IMG/VR virus record: IMGVR_UViG_3300047673_000294
Source of the DNA: an uncultured virus (IMG/VR IMGVR_UViG_3300047673_000294)
Lineage: Duplodnaviria; Heunggongvirae; Uroviricota; Caudoviricetes
Length of the DNA stretch: 20,000 bases
Reading direction: 5' to 3' (one strand)
Below, one piece after another: positions 8,578 through 17,123 of the stretch. The notes under the pieces are model-generated. The model worked only from the letters and a program-made list of their open reading frames with translations. It was not told the origin of the DNA and made no database searches. The number at the start of each line of letters is the position of its first letter. Position 1 is the stretch's first letter. The position numbers and the translations under genes are program-made.

Positions 8578-8979
8578 TCACCACCAGGCCAGTCCGCGCT
8601 CGGCGATCAGCGCCAGCTGTGCTTCGAAGCGGGGCTCCTCGACGTCCAGGGCCCGACCGCCGTCCCGGTGCGGAGGGTTCTTCACCGAGCCGTACTCCAG
8701 CAGGTTGCCGAGTGCGCCCTGTGCGCCGCCCTTGTCCGGGCCGATGATGGCCAGGGTGAGGTCGGGGCCGTAGGCGGCGACGTCGTAGCTGATCGTGCGG
8801 GGGTAGGCCGGGGCGTGCTTCGGTGCGGACGCGCGGGCGTTTGTCTTCCAGTCCTTCTTGATGTTCATCGCGCCGCGCCGCACCACAGCCCGAGCATCGC
8901 GGCGCGCTCGGGGGATCGCGCGAGCCAGGTGCCGCTCGAGGCGCCGCACGTCGCCCATGTCGAAACGGGCACCGTTCAT
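8578..8979 (-). CDS. Neck / HK97 gp10-like tail completion protein (133 aa)
   Basis: Start reassigned to ATG at 8979 (ATGA overlap with the upstream stop); basic N-terminus and 'LGNLLEYGS' motif. Confidence 0.8.
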   Translation of the reverse strand: MNGARFDMGDVRRLERHLARAIPRARRDARAVVRRGAMNIKKDWKTNARASAPKHAPAYPRTISYDVAAYGPDLTLAIIGPDKGGAQGALGNLLEYGSVKNPPHRDGGRALDVEEPRFEAQLALIAERGLAWW

Positions 8980-9383
8980 GACCGGTCCTCCACTCTGATC
9001 CGCCACGCTGTGGACTGGTCGCTGAAGCTGGCCCCGGTGACCCACAGGACCAGGCCGGCCATGCGGGCATCGGCCGACGCGGTCACCTCGATACGGGTGC
9101 CGGGCAGCACGCGGGCGCCCGGCACGGTCGTCGACCACGGCAGGTGCACCTCGTACTCGCGCAGCACGAGTTCACGCTCACCGGCCTCGGTCTCCTGGCC
9201 GGTGCTCGCGGCGATGGCCTTCACGCGGGCCTTGCCCGTGTACAGGGTCGTCTGGGCGCCCGGCACGGTGGTACCGGTGTCCCGGTCGAAGGTGCCGTCT
9301 GCCTGCGTGTACAGACGGACGGTGTCGCGCATGCGTTCCTCGGCCGCCGCGCGCCCCGACGTCAGGATGGAGTCGAGGTTCAC
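8976..9383 (-). CDS. Head-to-tail stopper / head closure protein (135 aa)
   Basis: Start reassigned to GTG at 9383 (GTGA overlap with the upstream stop); 'GRAAAEERMRDTV', 'LYTGKARVK' and 'STAWRI' motifs; synteny. Confidence 0.78.
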   Translation of the reverse strand: MNLDSILTSGRAAAEERMRDTVRLYTQADGTFDRDTGTTVPGAQTTLYTGKARVKAIAASTGQETEAGERELVLREYEVHLPWSTTVPGARVLPGTRIEVTASADARMAGLVLWVTGASFSDQSTAWRIRVEDRS

Positions 9384-9943
9384 GGTGTGCCCACCACCCA
9401 TACGCACCGTTCGCCGAGTTCGCGCTGGAGGGCGGTGAGTTCGCCGGGCAGCAGGTCGCCGGCGGTCTGGGTGGCTTCGGCCGCGTAGGTCTCCCGGTAG
9501 TCGTCGATGGCCCGCTCGCGGATCCCGGCCTCCATGCCGACCGGGGAGTCCCCGATGCGGTTGGCGACCTGGCAGGCGAGTTCCACGATCCCGTCAGGCA
9601 CCGTCGCCCACCCGCGCCGGTAGGTGACGAGCACGCGCCTGGTCCGGCAGTCGGCCAGCCGCAGGTACTCGCCGTCCCACCACCAGCCCGTGAGGGCGCT
9701 GGTGGTGCCGTCCTCGGCGACCGCCGACACCGTCTGGACTTCCAGGATCGGCGGGGCGGGCAACTCGACTCGGTCACTGTCGACGGTGAGCTGGACGGTG
9801 ACGACGCTCGGAGTGATGGGCTGTCCTGCCGCGCGCCGGATACGGACCGACGCGCGGGTGAGTAGGGCGGCGGCGGACGCCTCCGACAGGCTGTAGCCGT
9901 AGGCGGTGGCGTCCTCGGGCGTGGCCAGGGAGGGGAGTGGCAC
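9380..9943 (-). CDS. Head-to-tail adaptor (187 aa)
   Basis: GAGGAGG RBS; 'LATPED...LLTRASVRIR', 'VTYRRGW..VPDGI' and 'ERAIDDY' motifs; synteny. Confidence 0.82.
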   Translation of the reverse strand: MPLPSLATPEDATAYGYSLSEASAAALLTRASVRIRRAAGQPITPSVVTVQLTVDSDRVELPAPPILEVQTVSAVAEDGTTSALTGWWWDGEYLRLADCRTRRVLVTYRRGWATVPDGIVELACQVANRIGDSPVGMEAGIRERAIDDYRETYAAEATQTAGDLLPGELTALQRELGERCVWVVGTP

Positions 9944-9953
9944 GGGTCCCTCC

Positions 9954-10259
9954 TCAGCTGCTCGGGGTGCCGTACTTCTCGATGAGGTCGGCCTTGGTCA
10001 TGCCGTCCGCCTCTTCGGCATCGGCACCCTGGACGACCGCCCAGCCCATCCAATCCGCCTTGCTGGCGCTTCGGGCAGGCTCGGTGAGCGGGGGCGCCGG
10101 GACCTGGTCGTCGTCCGAAGGCTCGGTGTACAGGCTGCCGTCCTCGTTGACGCGCTGGAGCATGCCCTTGCGCAGCCGTTCCTCGATCGGCTCGGGCAGC
10201 GGCAGGTCCATCGCGTGGATGCCGCCGCCCTCGCCCCGCAGGTGGATCGTCTCGGCCAT
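9954..10259 (-). CDS. Hypothetical phage protein (101 aa) with a small C-terminal helical domain
   Basis: Tightly spaced in the operon. The C-terminal 'ASKADWMGWA...GMTKADLIEKY' resembles the small helical domains often encoded after actinophage capsid genes. Confidence 0.75.
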   Translation of the reverse strand: MAETIHLRGEGGGIHAMDLPLPEPIEERLRKGMLQRVNEDGSLYTEPSDDDQVPAPPLTEPARSASKADWMGWAVVQGADAEEADGMTKADLIEKYGTPSS

Positions 10260-10260
10260 G

Positions 10261-10638
10261 TCAGGTGTTCCTCGGAACTCGCAGGGCGGTGATGGTGCCG
10301 GGGACGACGGCGGCGGCCACGTCGACGAGCATGCTGCCGTCGTTCTGCAGGAACCGGCCGGACTCGAACGGGCCGATCCAGGAGATCGTGTTGGCGGCGA
10401 CGTTCACGACCAGGTCGCCCTGGCCGCTGGCGATGGCCAGGGGCAGGGTGCCGGCCTTGATGGTGACGTTGCCGCCGGTCGAGCCGGCCGCGACGCGGAG
10501 CACGGTGAGCTCGGGTTCGGCCTTGGCGATCGTGTGCCCGTTGCTGGTGCCCGGGTTGAGGGTGACCGCGGTGAGCGAGGAATCCGCCACGCCCGCGTTG
10601 GGAACGAAGCTGTTGTACGCGACAGCGGTGCGTGCCAT
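10261..10638 (-). CDS. Probable capsid decoration / cement protein (125 aa)
   Basis: GGAGG RBS; immediately downstream of MCP; small, beta-rich, A/G/T/V-rich. Function inferred from position. Confidence 0.7.
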   Translation of the reverse strand: MARTAVAYNSFVPNAGVADSSLTAVTLNPGTSNGHTIAKAEPELTVLRVAAGSTGGNVTIKAGTLPLAIASGQGDLVVNVAANTISWIGPFESGRFLQNDGSMLVDVAAAVVPGTITALRVPRNT

Positions 10639-10653
10639 GTCTCAGGCCTCCGA

Positions 10654-11508
10654 TCAGGTCTGGGAAGCGATGGCCGTGGCCAGCGCCTCGGGACGGATGA
10701 CCTTCGCGCCGTACAGCGCCAGGCCCTTGACCGCGTCCGAGAAGCTGCTCTCGGGTCGGTAGGCCTCGGTCTTGTTGATCTGCTCGGCGAAGGAGATCGC
10801 CGTGCCGTTGCCCGCGGTGACCACGTAGTCGTCGCCGGTCGGGTTCGGGGCGTTGTTGGACCGCATGATCGTGAAGCCGCCCGACGAGCCGACGATGCCG
10901 TTGCGGAAGGCGTTACCGCTGTCGCCGGACTTGTCGGCGTTGATGAAGTTCGGGTCGAGCAGCGCGCGACCGTAGAGCCACGGCGGGATGACCATCCACC
11001 GGTTCTCGGCCGGCACGTTGGCCTGGTCCAGCGTCACGCCCAGCGGGACGACGATCTTCGAGTAGAAGTACTCGGGGTTCGCGACCGGGACCGCGATGGT
11101 GCCGAGCTGGTTCGCGGACTGCGCCTGGGTGTAGAGGCTGGCCAGGTACTGGTCGACCACGTCGGAAAGCCCGTAGGACGCCTCGGACATGGCCTGCGGC
11201 ATCACGTCGCCCTTGGCCTGCCGCTTGTCGACGTCATCGACCTTGAACGCCCAGTACTTCGACTGGTCGACGACCAGCGTGCGCTGTGCGTCGGTCAGCT
11301 CCTCGGGCGTGATGACCGTCTGGTTCGGGACGTAGGTCCCGATCGTCGGGCGGGAGATCGAGGTGATGCGGACGGTGTCGCCCGCTTCCTGGATCTCGCC
11401 CTCGTAGTCGCGGTTGACCATGCCGGGCCCGCCGTACACGAGGTTCTTGCGGAGTGCGACCAGGAGCTTGGCGGACCAAATCTCCGGCCGGAAACGCTTG
11501 ATGGACAT
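10654..11508 (-). CDS. Major capsid protein (P22 coat-like HK97 fold, 284 aa)
   Basis: 'FRPEIWSAKLL', 'NRDYEGEI..AGDTVRI', 'LDQANVPAENRW' and 'DAVKGLALYGAKVIRPE' motifs; GAGG RBS; follows the scaffold gene. Confidence 0.93.
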   Translation of the reverse strand: MSIKRFRPEIWSAKLLVALRKNLVYGGPGMVNRDYEGEIQEAGDTVRITSISRPTIGTYVPNQTVITPEELTDAQRTLVVDQSKYWAFKVDDVDKRQAKGDVMPQAMSEASYGLSDVVDQYLASLYTQAQSANQLGTIAVPVANPEYFYSKIVVPLGVTLDQANVPAENRWMVIPPWLYGRALLDPNFINADKSGDSGNAFRNGIVGSSGGFTIMRSNNAPNPTGDDYVVTAGNGTAISFAEQINKTEAYRPESSFSDAVKGLALYGAKVIRPEALATAIASQT

Positions 11509-11527
11509 CGGTTTCCTCTCGGGGTGG

Positions 11528-12265
11528 TTATCCGCCGAGGTAGTCGCGGAGCTGACCCTTGCGGTGAGCCTCGTCGATCTGCTCGGGCGTCATCTTCTTC
11601 ACGTCCTGCTCGCTGAGCTGCTTGGGGCCGCCGGTCCCCTTGCGGGCGCCGCCGTCTCCGGTCCCCTGGAACCTGGGCTCGGGTGCCTTTGCGGCAGTTC
11701 CCAGGTAGGGGCGCTCCTTGAGGAGGTCTTCGATCGCGTCGGCGATCTCGGTCTCGTCGACCTGGCCGTCCTCGTCGACCTCGAACTGGGTCAGGTCGAG
11801 GAAGGCGAGGGCGTCCCGCGGATTGGTGAGCTTGCCCGCGGCGGCGGCCCGGACCTCGGAGCGCACGATGCGGGCGTTGGCCCGGCCTGTCGCGGCCCGG
11901 TCGGCTTCGCTGCGGATCCGCTCCGGATCGTTGGCGTCGCCAGTGCCCTTGAGCTGGTCGCGCTCGGTCTCGGCGGCCTTGCGCCGCTCCCGCTCCGTGC
12001 GCAGCCGCTCCTTCATCGACTCGAGGGCCTTCTTGCCGGGGTCGCCGAGCTGGTCGGCGCCCTCCGGGTCCTTGTCATCGTCGCCGTCGTCCTGGTCGTC
12101 TCCGGTGCCGGAGTCGTCCTGGTCGTCGGCGTCGCCGTTGTCCTGGTCGTCGTCCTGGTCGTCGCCGTCGGCGTAGAAGACGGGCGACCAGGGGCCCACC
12201 GGGTAGGGGTGAGACCAGCCGGCGGCATGGCCACGGGCACGGCGAGGCAGGGTGGAGAGATCCAT
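11528..12265 (-). CDS. Capsid scaffolding protein (245 aa)
   Basis: Acidic low-complexity N-terminal region, 'LGDPGKKAL..MK' coiled coil and 'KERPYL' motif; directly upstream of MCP; GGAG RBS. Confidence 0.88.
   Translation of the reverse strand: MDLSTLPRRARGHAAGWSHPYPVGPWSPVFYADGDDQDDDQDNGDADDQDDSGTGDDQDDGDDDKDPEGADQLGDPGKKALESMKERLRTERERRKAAETERDQLKGTGDANDPERIRSEADRAATGRANARIVRSEVRAAAAGKLTNPRDALAFLDLTQFEVDEDGQVDETEIADAIEDLLKERPYLGTAAKAPEPRFQGTGDGGARKGTGGPKQLSEQDVKKMTPEQIDEAHRKGQLRDYLGG
12089..12163. repeat. Four copies of the 12-mer GTCCTGGTCGTC (encoding DDQD) within the scaffold gene
   Basis: Exact copies at 12089-12100, 12116-12127, 12140-12151 and 12152-12163. Confidence 0.85.
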
Positions 12266-12272
12266 GTGCGTG

Positions 12273-12312
12273 CTCCCATTGCGGAAGTCGGGACCGCGCG
12301 TTGCGCGCGGTC
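12273..12312 (-). promoter_or_regulatory. Paired GCAAY-loop hairpins in the scaffold leader; the second sequesters the RBS
   Basis: Minus strand: GACCGCGC-GCAAC-GCGCGGTC, then CTTCC-GCAAT-GGGAG, 7 nt before the ATG. Confidence 0.55.
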
Positions 12313-13363
12313 AGGTCAGATAGCCGAAGCGGCGCAGCATGGCGATCGCCTCGTCGCGGCTCCCGGCGAGCTCGTAGATCTGCTCGGGCAGGAGCCGCGC
12401 CGTCGTCAGCCGGTACTGGCGGCCGATGTCGGCACGCACACGGCCCCTGGCGATGTCCCGGGCCCGTTCCCGCCGGTAGAAATGGCCGCGCGTCGTCGTG
12501 CCCTCGCGCGTTGCGCGCACCGCCCGTCCGGAGGCGGTCGTGATGGTGTACATGCCCCGACGGGCGTTGACGATCTGGCCCATGTCGGCGCCCTCGCGGA
12601 TCGCCTGCGCCCCGGCCGCGGTGAACACTCGGTCCTGCTCGGGCCGCGACAGGCCGGCGAAGTAGGACCGCGGATCGACGACGCCCCGGGCGCTGCTGCC
12701 GAAGCGGGTCGTGGGGCTGTCCCCGTTGAGCCCGCCGCGATGCTGGTTGCGGGCGATCAGTGTGGTCGGCAGGTGGATGCAGTCGCAGCGTGGGTGCCTC
12801 TGGAAGCCCTTGTTCCAGCCGTACTCCACGCCCGCCAAGATGATGCAGCGGGCGCAGGCCGGCGGCTGTACGACGCGGACGTAGCCCTGGATCGTGCGGC
12901 GCCCCGTGATGCCGACGCCGACAGCCCCCCTGCCTGCGTCGGCGACCTCCGAGCGCACGATCGTCGCCAGCAGCCCGCGCCCGGCCCGGAGGCCCTCGTC
13001 CGCGCTCGCGCCCTGTCCGATGGTCCGGTACGCGGCGATCAGCGGCCGCATCAGCAGCGTGTCCAGCGTCCGTCCGTCCGCGGCGACACCGGCGAACGCT
13101 GAGGCGTTGACCGTGTCGGCGGCCTCGGCCTCGGCGCCCTGCGCGGCCGCCGTCTCTGCGACGTAGTCGGTCGCCCCGTCGGCAGCGGCCAACTGGCCCG
13201 CGGTCAGGACGGTCACCAGGCGGGGGCCGATGACGGACCAGGAGGCGCGCAAATCGGCGACGTTCAGCAGGCCCCACTCGCGCAAGGCTGCGGCCATGGT
13301 GGCGACCGCGATCTTCCGCTGCCGGACCGCGTACTGCCCGGCCAGAGCGAGCGGCTGTGTCAC
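12311..13363 (-). CDS. MuF-like minor head protein (350 aa)
   Basis: Between portal and scaffold; 'CARCIILAG...FQRHPRCDCIHLP' Cys/His motif; GTGA overlap with the portal stop. Confidence 0.82.
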   Translation of the reverse strand: MTQPLALAGQYAVRQRKIAVATMAAALREWGLLNVADLRASWSVIGPRLVTVLTAGQLAAADGATDYVAETAAAQGAEAEAADTVNASAFAGVAADGRTLDTLLMRPLIAAYRTIGQGASADEGLRAGRGLLATIVRSEVADAGRGAVGVGITGRRTIQGYVRVVQPPACARCIILAGVEYGWNKGFQRHPRCDCIHLPTTLIARNQHRGGLNGDSPTTRFGSSARGVVDPRSYFAGLSRPEQDRVFTAAGAQAIREGADMGQIVNARRGMYTITTASGRAVRATREGTTTRGHFYRRERARDIARGRVRADIGRQYRLTTARLLPEQIYELAGSRDEAIAMLRRFGYLT

Positions 13364-14829
13364 GGCCCGCCGTCCCGGGCCGGATCCTCATGCGGGGCCG
13401 ACGTCGGATTGATGGCGGGAGGGCCGCCGCCCATGATGGCGGCCACCGGATCCAGTTCGGCCTCCCGAGCCCGCATATCCATCAGCGTCGTGACCTCGGT
13501 CGGCGTCAGACCGAAGCGCAGGGCGAGCCACTCGAAGGGGAACCCGATCTGCTTCAGCTTCAGCAGGCTGTCCGTCAGCTGCGCCAGGTTCCGCGACTGC
13601 GGGTCCTTCCACAGCACCGTTCCGGCGGCCAGCGCCTTGCCCTTGGCGTCCTCGCCGCGGGCCAGACAGATCAGCTGGAACACCTCACGCAGGGCCTGCC
13701 CGAACCACAGCTGCTTCTCCTCGACCCGCTTCACCAGGCCGGTCTCCGCCGCGATCAGCGCGTCCCCGCTGAGGTTGGCCATGCGGCCGATCAGGTAGTG
13801 CGCCGGAGTGCGGGTCTGTGCGGCGATGTGCCCGACGGCCACCTCGATGACGTCGGTGTAGGCCGTCAGGTTCGCCGCGTTCCAGCTCTCGACCTTGGCC
13901 TCGGGGTTCTCCAGCCACAGGATGCGGTCGGTGACGAACTTCTTCAGGTCGATCGGCCGCTCGCCGACCTTCTGCCCGTTCGCGTCCAGGATCGGCACCT
14001 TGGGGATCTCGGCGCCGATGATGATGCGCTGCTCGAGGCTCGCGTAGTCCGCGGTCGTGAACAGCATCGCCCAGATCAGGTTGATGGCGTCCTGCATGGC
14101 GATCACACCGGACACGTCCGACACCGGCTCGGAGGCCAGCAGCGGCCGGTTGGGCAGCTCCACCATCGGCACCACGCCCATGGGGTTCGGCTGCGGGTTC
14201 GGCTCGCTCTCGAGTTCCCGGGGCGTCCACGACTGGACGACCGCGTCGGCCTCGGCCATCTGCGGCGACTTCTTGTCCCCGGCGGACAGCGGCCGCTCGA
14301 ACTTCCACACCTCTGTGGGCAGGTACAGCGTGGCGTACTCGCTGAAGCCGTCCTGCCACATCTTCAGCGCGGCCCGCCGCCGGCGCCTCGAGCCCGGCTC
14401 GTACTGCACGACGGCCGACGACGCGTCCTCGAACGTCACACAGGGGGTGTCCTCGTCGGAGGGGTCACCCCACACAAGGACGAACGACCGGGCCGCGTTC
14501 CCCGCGCCGAGGAACCCCAGCTGCGAATCGGCGTCCAGGCCGTTGCGCTGCCACACCTCCCACAGCTCGGAATCCGCCTTCACGTCGCCAGGCGCCTGCA
14601 CCCCGGTGACGGTGAGCCGCTCCACCGGCGAATCGGCGACCGGCTGCACCCAGTTGTCCGAGAACCCCTCGTAGCGGTCGGCGCAGTACGTGCGGAACTC
14701 GTCCGAGGCGAACCGCAGGGGGTGCTTGCCCCGGTAGTACCGGTCGTGCCGCAGCACCGCGCCCGAGCGGGACGTCAGCTCCGTCGCGAGGACATCGACC
14801 AGGCGCCGGGCCTGTTCCTCCGTAGCCAC
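13360..14829 (-). CDS. Portal protein (SPP1 gp6-like, 489 aa)
   Basis: Follows terL; 'RYYRGKH', 'NWVQPVAD...ERL', 'GVVPMVELPN', 'TPAHYL', 'NLSGDAL' and 'LWKDP' motifs. Confidence 0.93.
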   Translation of the reverse strand: MATEEQARRLVDVLATELTSRSGAVLRHDRYYRGKHPLRFASDEFRTYCADRYEGFSDNWVQPVADSPVERLTVTGVQAPGDVKADSELWEVWQRNGLDADSQLGFLGAGNAARSFVLVWGDPSDEDTPCVTFEDASSAVVQYEPGSRRRRRAALKMWQDGFSEYATLYLPTEVWKFERPLSAGDKKSPQMAEADAVVQSWTPRELESEPNPQPNPMGVVPMVELPNRPLLASEPVSDVSGVIAMQDAINLIWAMLFTTADYASLEQRIIIGAEIPKVPILDANGQKVGERPIDLKKFVTDRILWLENPEAKVESWNAANLTAYTDVIEVAVGHIAAQTRTPAHYLIGRMANLSGDALIAAETGLVKRVEEKQLWFGQALREVFQLICLARGEDAKGKALAAGTVLWKDPQSRNLAQLTDSLLKLKQIGFPFEWLALRFGLTPTEVTTLMDMRAREAELDPVAAIMGGGPPAINPTSAPHEDPARDGGP

Positions 14830-14841
14830 GCTCGCCCCCTC

Positions 14842-16473
14842 TCATGCCGTGTAGGCGTAGTAGGTGGGCGGTGGCGCGGCCTGGCCCGCGGCGATGGCGT
14901 CGGTGGCCGCCTCGTGGGCGAGGATCGATACGACACAGAGGTCGATCTTCTGCTGGTGCGTGGCCTTGCGCAGGACGTACCGGTTCGCCGGCCTGGCTGC
15001 TTTCCGGGCGTTCCGCACGTGGATCGAGGTGGTCTCGCATCCGTCGTGCCAGAACTCTGTCTTCGCCTTCGTGACGTCGGTGAGCAGCTGCTCGCACGCC
15101 GCGTGCATCTGCGCCGTGCGCTGCGTGTGCCACTCGGTCACCCGCTTCTCGCCGTGCCGGGCCTGCCAGGCCGCGACTTCGCTGGTCCAGTACGGCGGGT
15201 CGCAGTACATGCGGACGACTTCGTAGCGGCGCATCAGCTCGTCGACCGCGGCGTCGACCTCGAGCCGCGGTACCTGGCCCTCCCACTCGGCCGGGTCCCA
15301 GATACACGGCCGCCGGTCCGGCCCGTAGACCGGGGTGAACTGGTAGCCGTCCAGGGTCTCGGCCCGGATCCCGGTCCAGTCGTCCACGTCCGAGCCGTCG
15401 AAGCCGAGGACCACCCGGGCGCCGTCCGGGACCGCTCGAGGCTTTTTCCGGGCGTCCCAGTGGTCCTGCTGGACCCAGGCGCCCATGCCCGCGGTGATTC
15501 GGTTGCCGTAGAAGCGTTCCGCCTCGGCCGGCTCCTTCTCCATCAGCTCGGCGGCCTCGCCCTCGATGGCGTCGAGGTCGATGTGCGAACTGCCCGCGTA
15601 CACAGCGGTGTGGATCTTCCGCCGCTCCGCCTTGTTCGTGTACGAGAGGCCCTTCGGCGGCAGCCGGTGGAACCGGTACACGTCCCGCGCCTTTGTCTCA
15701 GCGGTCTTCTGGGCGACCGAGTTCTCGGTGGGGTCCCAGGCGTTCGTCTGCTCGAGGGAGCGGCCCGACATGCCCGCCAGGCCGCGACGTTGGGTTGTCG
15801 CCACCTTGGTCATGCCGTTGCCGTCGTTCCAGATGCCCGTCTCATCCTGTGCGGCGAACGTGATCGGGTTGCCGAGACGGGACTGCGCGCTCGAGGTGAC
15901 GACGTCGATCCGGCCGTCGTTCGGCAGCCGGATGAACTGCTCACCGACCCGCATCACTTCGGACAACGGTCCGTTCCGGATCATCGCCTGGAGAGGTCTG
16001 TACGTGTTGTCGGTCTGGTCCTCGGACGTCGCCGTGATCTGGATCAGCGGCTGATTCCACGGCCGGCCCATCGGCTCGCCCGGCTCGTACTCGTACACCC
16101 AGCCGCAGCCACAGCGGTGGTCGCGGCAGCGGTACCGCTCCCCGCCCTGCGCCCACCCGTTGAACAGCACCGGGCCGACCGCCTCGGCGGCGATGATGCT
16201 CGCCGCCCAGGGGCCCTTGCCGGACTTCTGCGGAGCGACGGCCTGCGCCCGCCGGTAGTGGAAGGCGGTCGAGAGCTGCCCGAGCTGGGCGGTCGGCTTG
16301 ACCCGGTAGAGGTTGGCCGTGATCCGCAGCTGCCAGTCGTACATCTGGAACGGCTTGGGCCGGAGGTCGAGGCCACCGACGGACTGGAGCAGGCAGTGCC
16401 GGGCGATCCAGTCCGGGACGACGTACAGGGTGGGGACGTCGAGCGGCCAGGTCCCGTCGTCAGCCGCTACCAC
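14842..16473 (-). CDS. terL: Terminase large subunit (543 aa)
   Basis: Walker A-like 'PQKSGKG', Walker B 'FAAQDE', nuclease motif 'LGFDGS..DDWT' and C-terminal 'KIDL'. Confidence 0.93.
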   Translation of the reverse strand: MVAADDGTWPLDVPTLYVVPDWIARHCLLQSVGGLDLRPKPFQMYDWQLRITANLYRVKPTAQLGQLSTAFHYRRAQAVAPQKSGKGPWAASIIAAEAVGPVLFNGWAQGGERYRCRDHRCGCGWVYEYEPGEPMGRPWNQPLIQITATSEDQTDNTYRPLQAMIRNGPLSEVMRVGEQFIRLPNDGRIDVVTSSAQSRLGNPITFAAQDETGIWNDGNGMTKVATTQRRGLAGMSGRSLEQTNAWDPTENSVAQKTAETKARDVYRFHRLPPKGLSYTNKAERRKIHTAVYAGSSHIDLDAIEGEAAELMEKEPAEAERFYGNRITAGMGAWVQQDHWDARKKPRAVPDGARVVLGFDGSDVDDWTGIRAETLDGYQFTPVYGPDRRPCIWDPAEWEGQVPRLEVDAAVDELMRRYEVVRMYCDPPYWTSEVAAWQARHGEKRVTEWHTQRTAQMHAACEQLLTDVTKAKTEFWHDGCETTSIHVRNARKAARPANRYVLRKATHQQKIDLCVVSILAHEAATDAIAAGQAAPPPTYYAYTA

Positions 16474-16933
16474 CGGACACCGCCCTCAGCCTGGCGCGTG
16501 CCGAGTCCGGAGCGATGACCGGGGCCGCGCTCGGTTCGGCCGGCGCTTCGTCCTCGTCGGTGGGCCGGTCGATGCGCCACCGGTTGGACCGCATACCGGG
16601 CATCGTCAGGCCGAGGCTGTCGGCCATCTGCCGAACCAGGGTGCCGAGGTTGACGAAGGCCTCCGGCTTCTCGGCCTCGGCCAGGCGCCGGACGTACAGG
16701 GCGACCTCGATGTACTGGCTGCACCGCTCCCACATGTGGGCCTGCGGCATCTCCCAGAGCTGGTCCCAGAGTTGGGCTTCGCGGTCGGTCTGCTCGGTGA
16801 GGGGCCAGTCGGGCGTTGCGCCCTGGCGGCCCTCGGCGGGTAGGATCGTCCACTCGCCAGCGTCTCGTTCACGCCGCAGCGCGTCGGGGTCGGGTGCCGG
16901 TCCGGACCGAGAGCGGGCGCCCCCCTTCGTCAT
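16460..16933 (-). CDS. terS: Terminase small subunit (157 aa)
   Basis: 'GGARSRSGPAPDP' N-terminus, 'W..LW..PQA..W' and 'LGLT' motifs; overlaps the terL start. Confidence 0.85.
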   Translation of the reverse strand: MTKGGARSRSGPAPDPDALRRERDAGEWTILPAEGRQGATPDWPLTEQTDREAQLWDQLWEMPQAHMWERCSQYIEVALYVRRLAEAEKPEAFVNLGTLVRQMADSLGLTMPGMRSNRWRIDRPTDEDEAPAEPSAAPVIAPDSARARLRAVSGGSG

Positions 16934-17106
16934 CGCAGGACTCCGGTGGCCACCAAAGCGAGGCCTGTCACCTCACATGCGGTGACGAGGACGACGACTG
17001 AGGCGACGCCACCGGTCAGGGGACGTCGCGGCTTGCCCACGTTGGCCACTGCAACGAGGGCGCCGTAGCCGAGAAAGGCCGCGAAGGCCCAGCAGAACAG
17101 TTCCAT
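16930..17106 (-). CDS. Small membrane protein with two hydrophobic segments (58 aa)
   Basis: ATG at 17106 with a GGAG RBS; ATGA coupling to terS; hydrophobic segments FCWAFAAFLGYGALVAVA and VASVVVLVTACEVTGLALVA. Confidence 0.65.
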   Translation of the reverse strand: MELFCWAFAAFLGYGALVAVANVGKPRRPLTGGVASVVVLVTACEVTGLALVATGVLR

Positions 17107-17123
17107 GTTGATCACTCCAACTG

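Noticed and set aside
12089..12163. Repeats as a CRISPR array or replication iterons
   Set aside because: 12-bp in-frame units encoding the acidic DDQD linker of the scaffold; no regular spacers and no cas genes.
2391..13102. Other long plus-strand ORFs (2391-4154, 8383-9438, 9937-11616, 11414-13102)
   Set aside because: All overlap well-supported minus-strand phage genes and show shadow-ORF composition.
13357..16518. 1053-aa plus-strand ORF
   Set aside because: Antisense shadow of portal and terL; R/G/L/V-rich with no recognisable motif; long antisense frames are expected in high-GC coding DNA.
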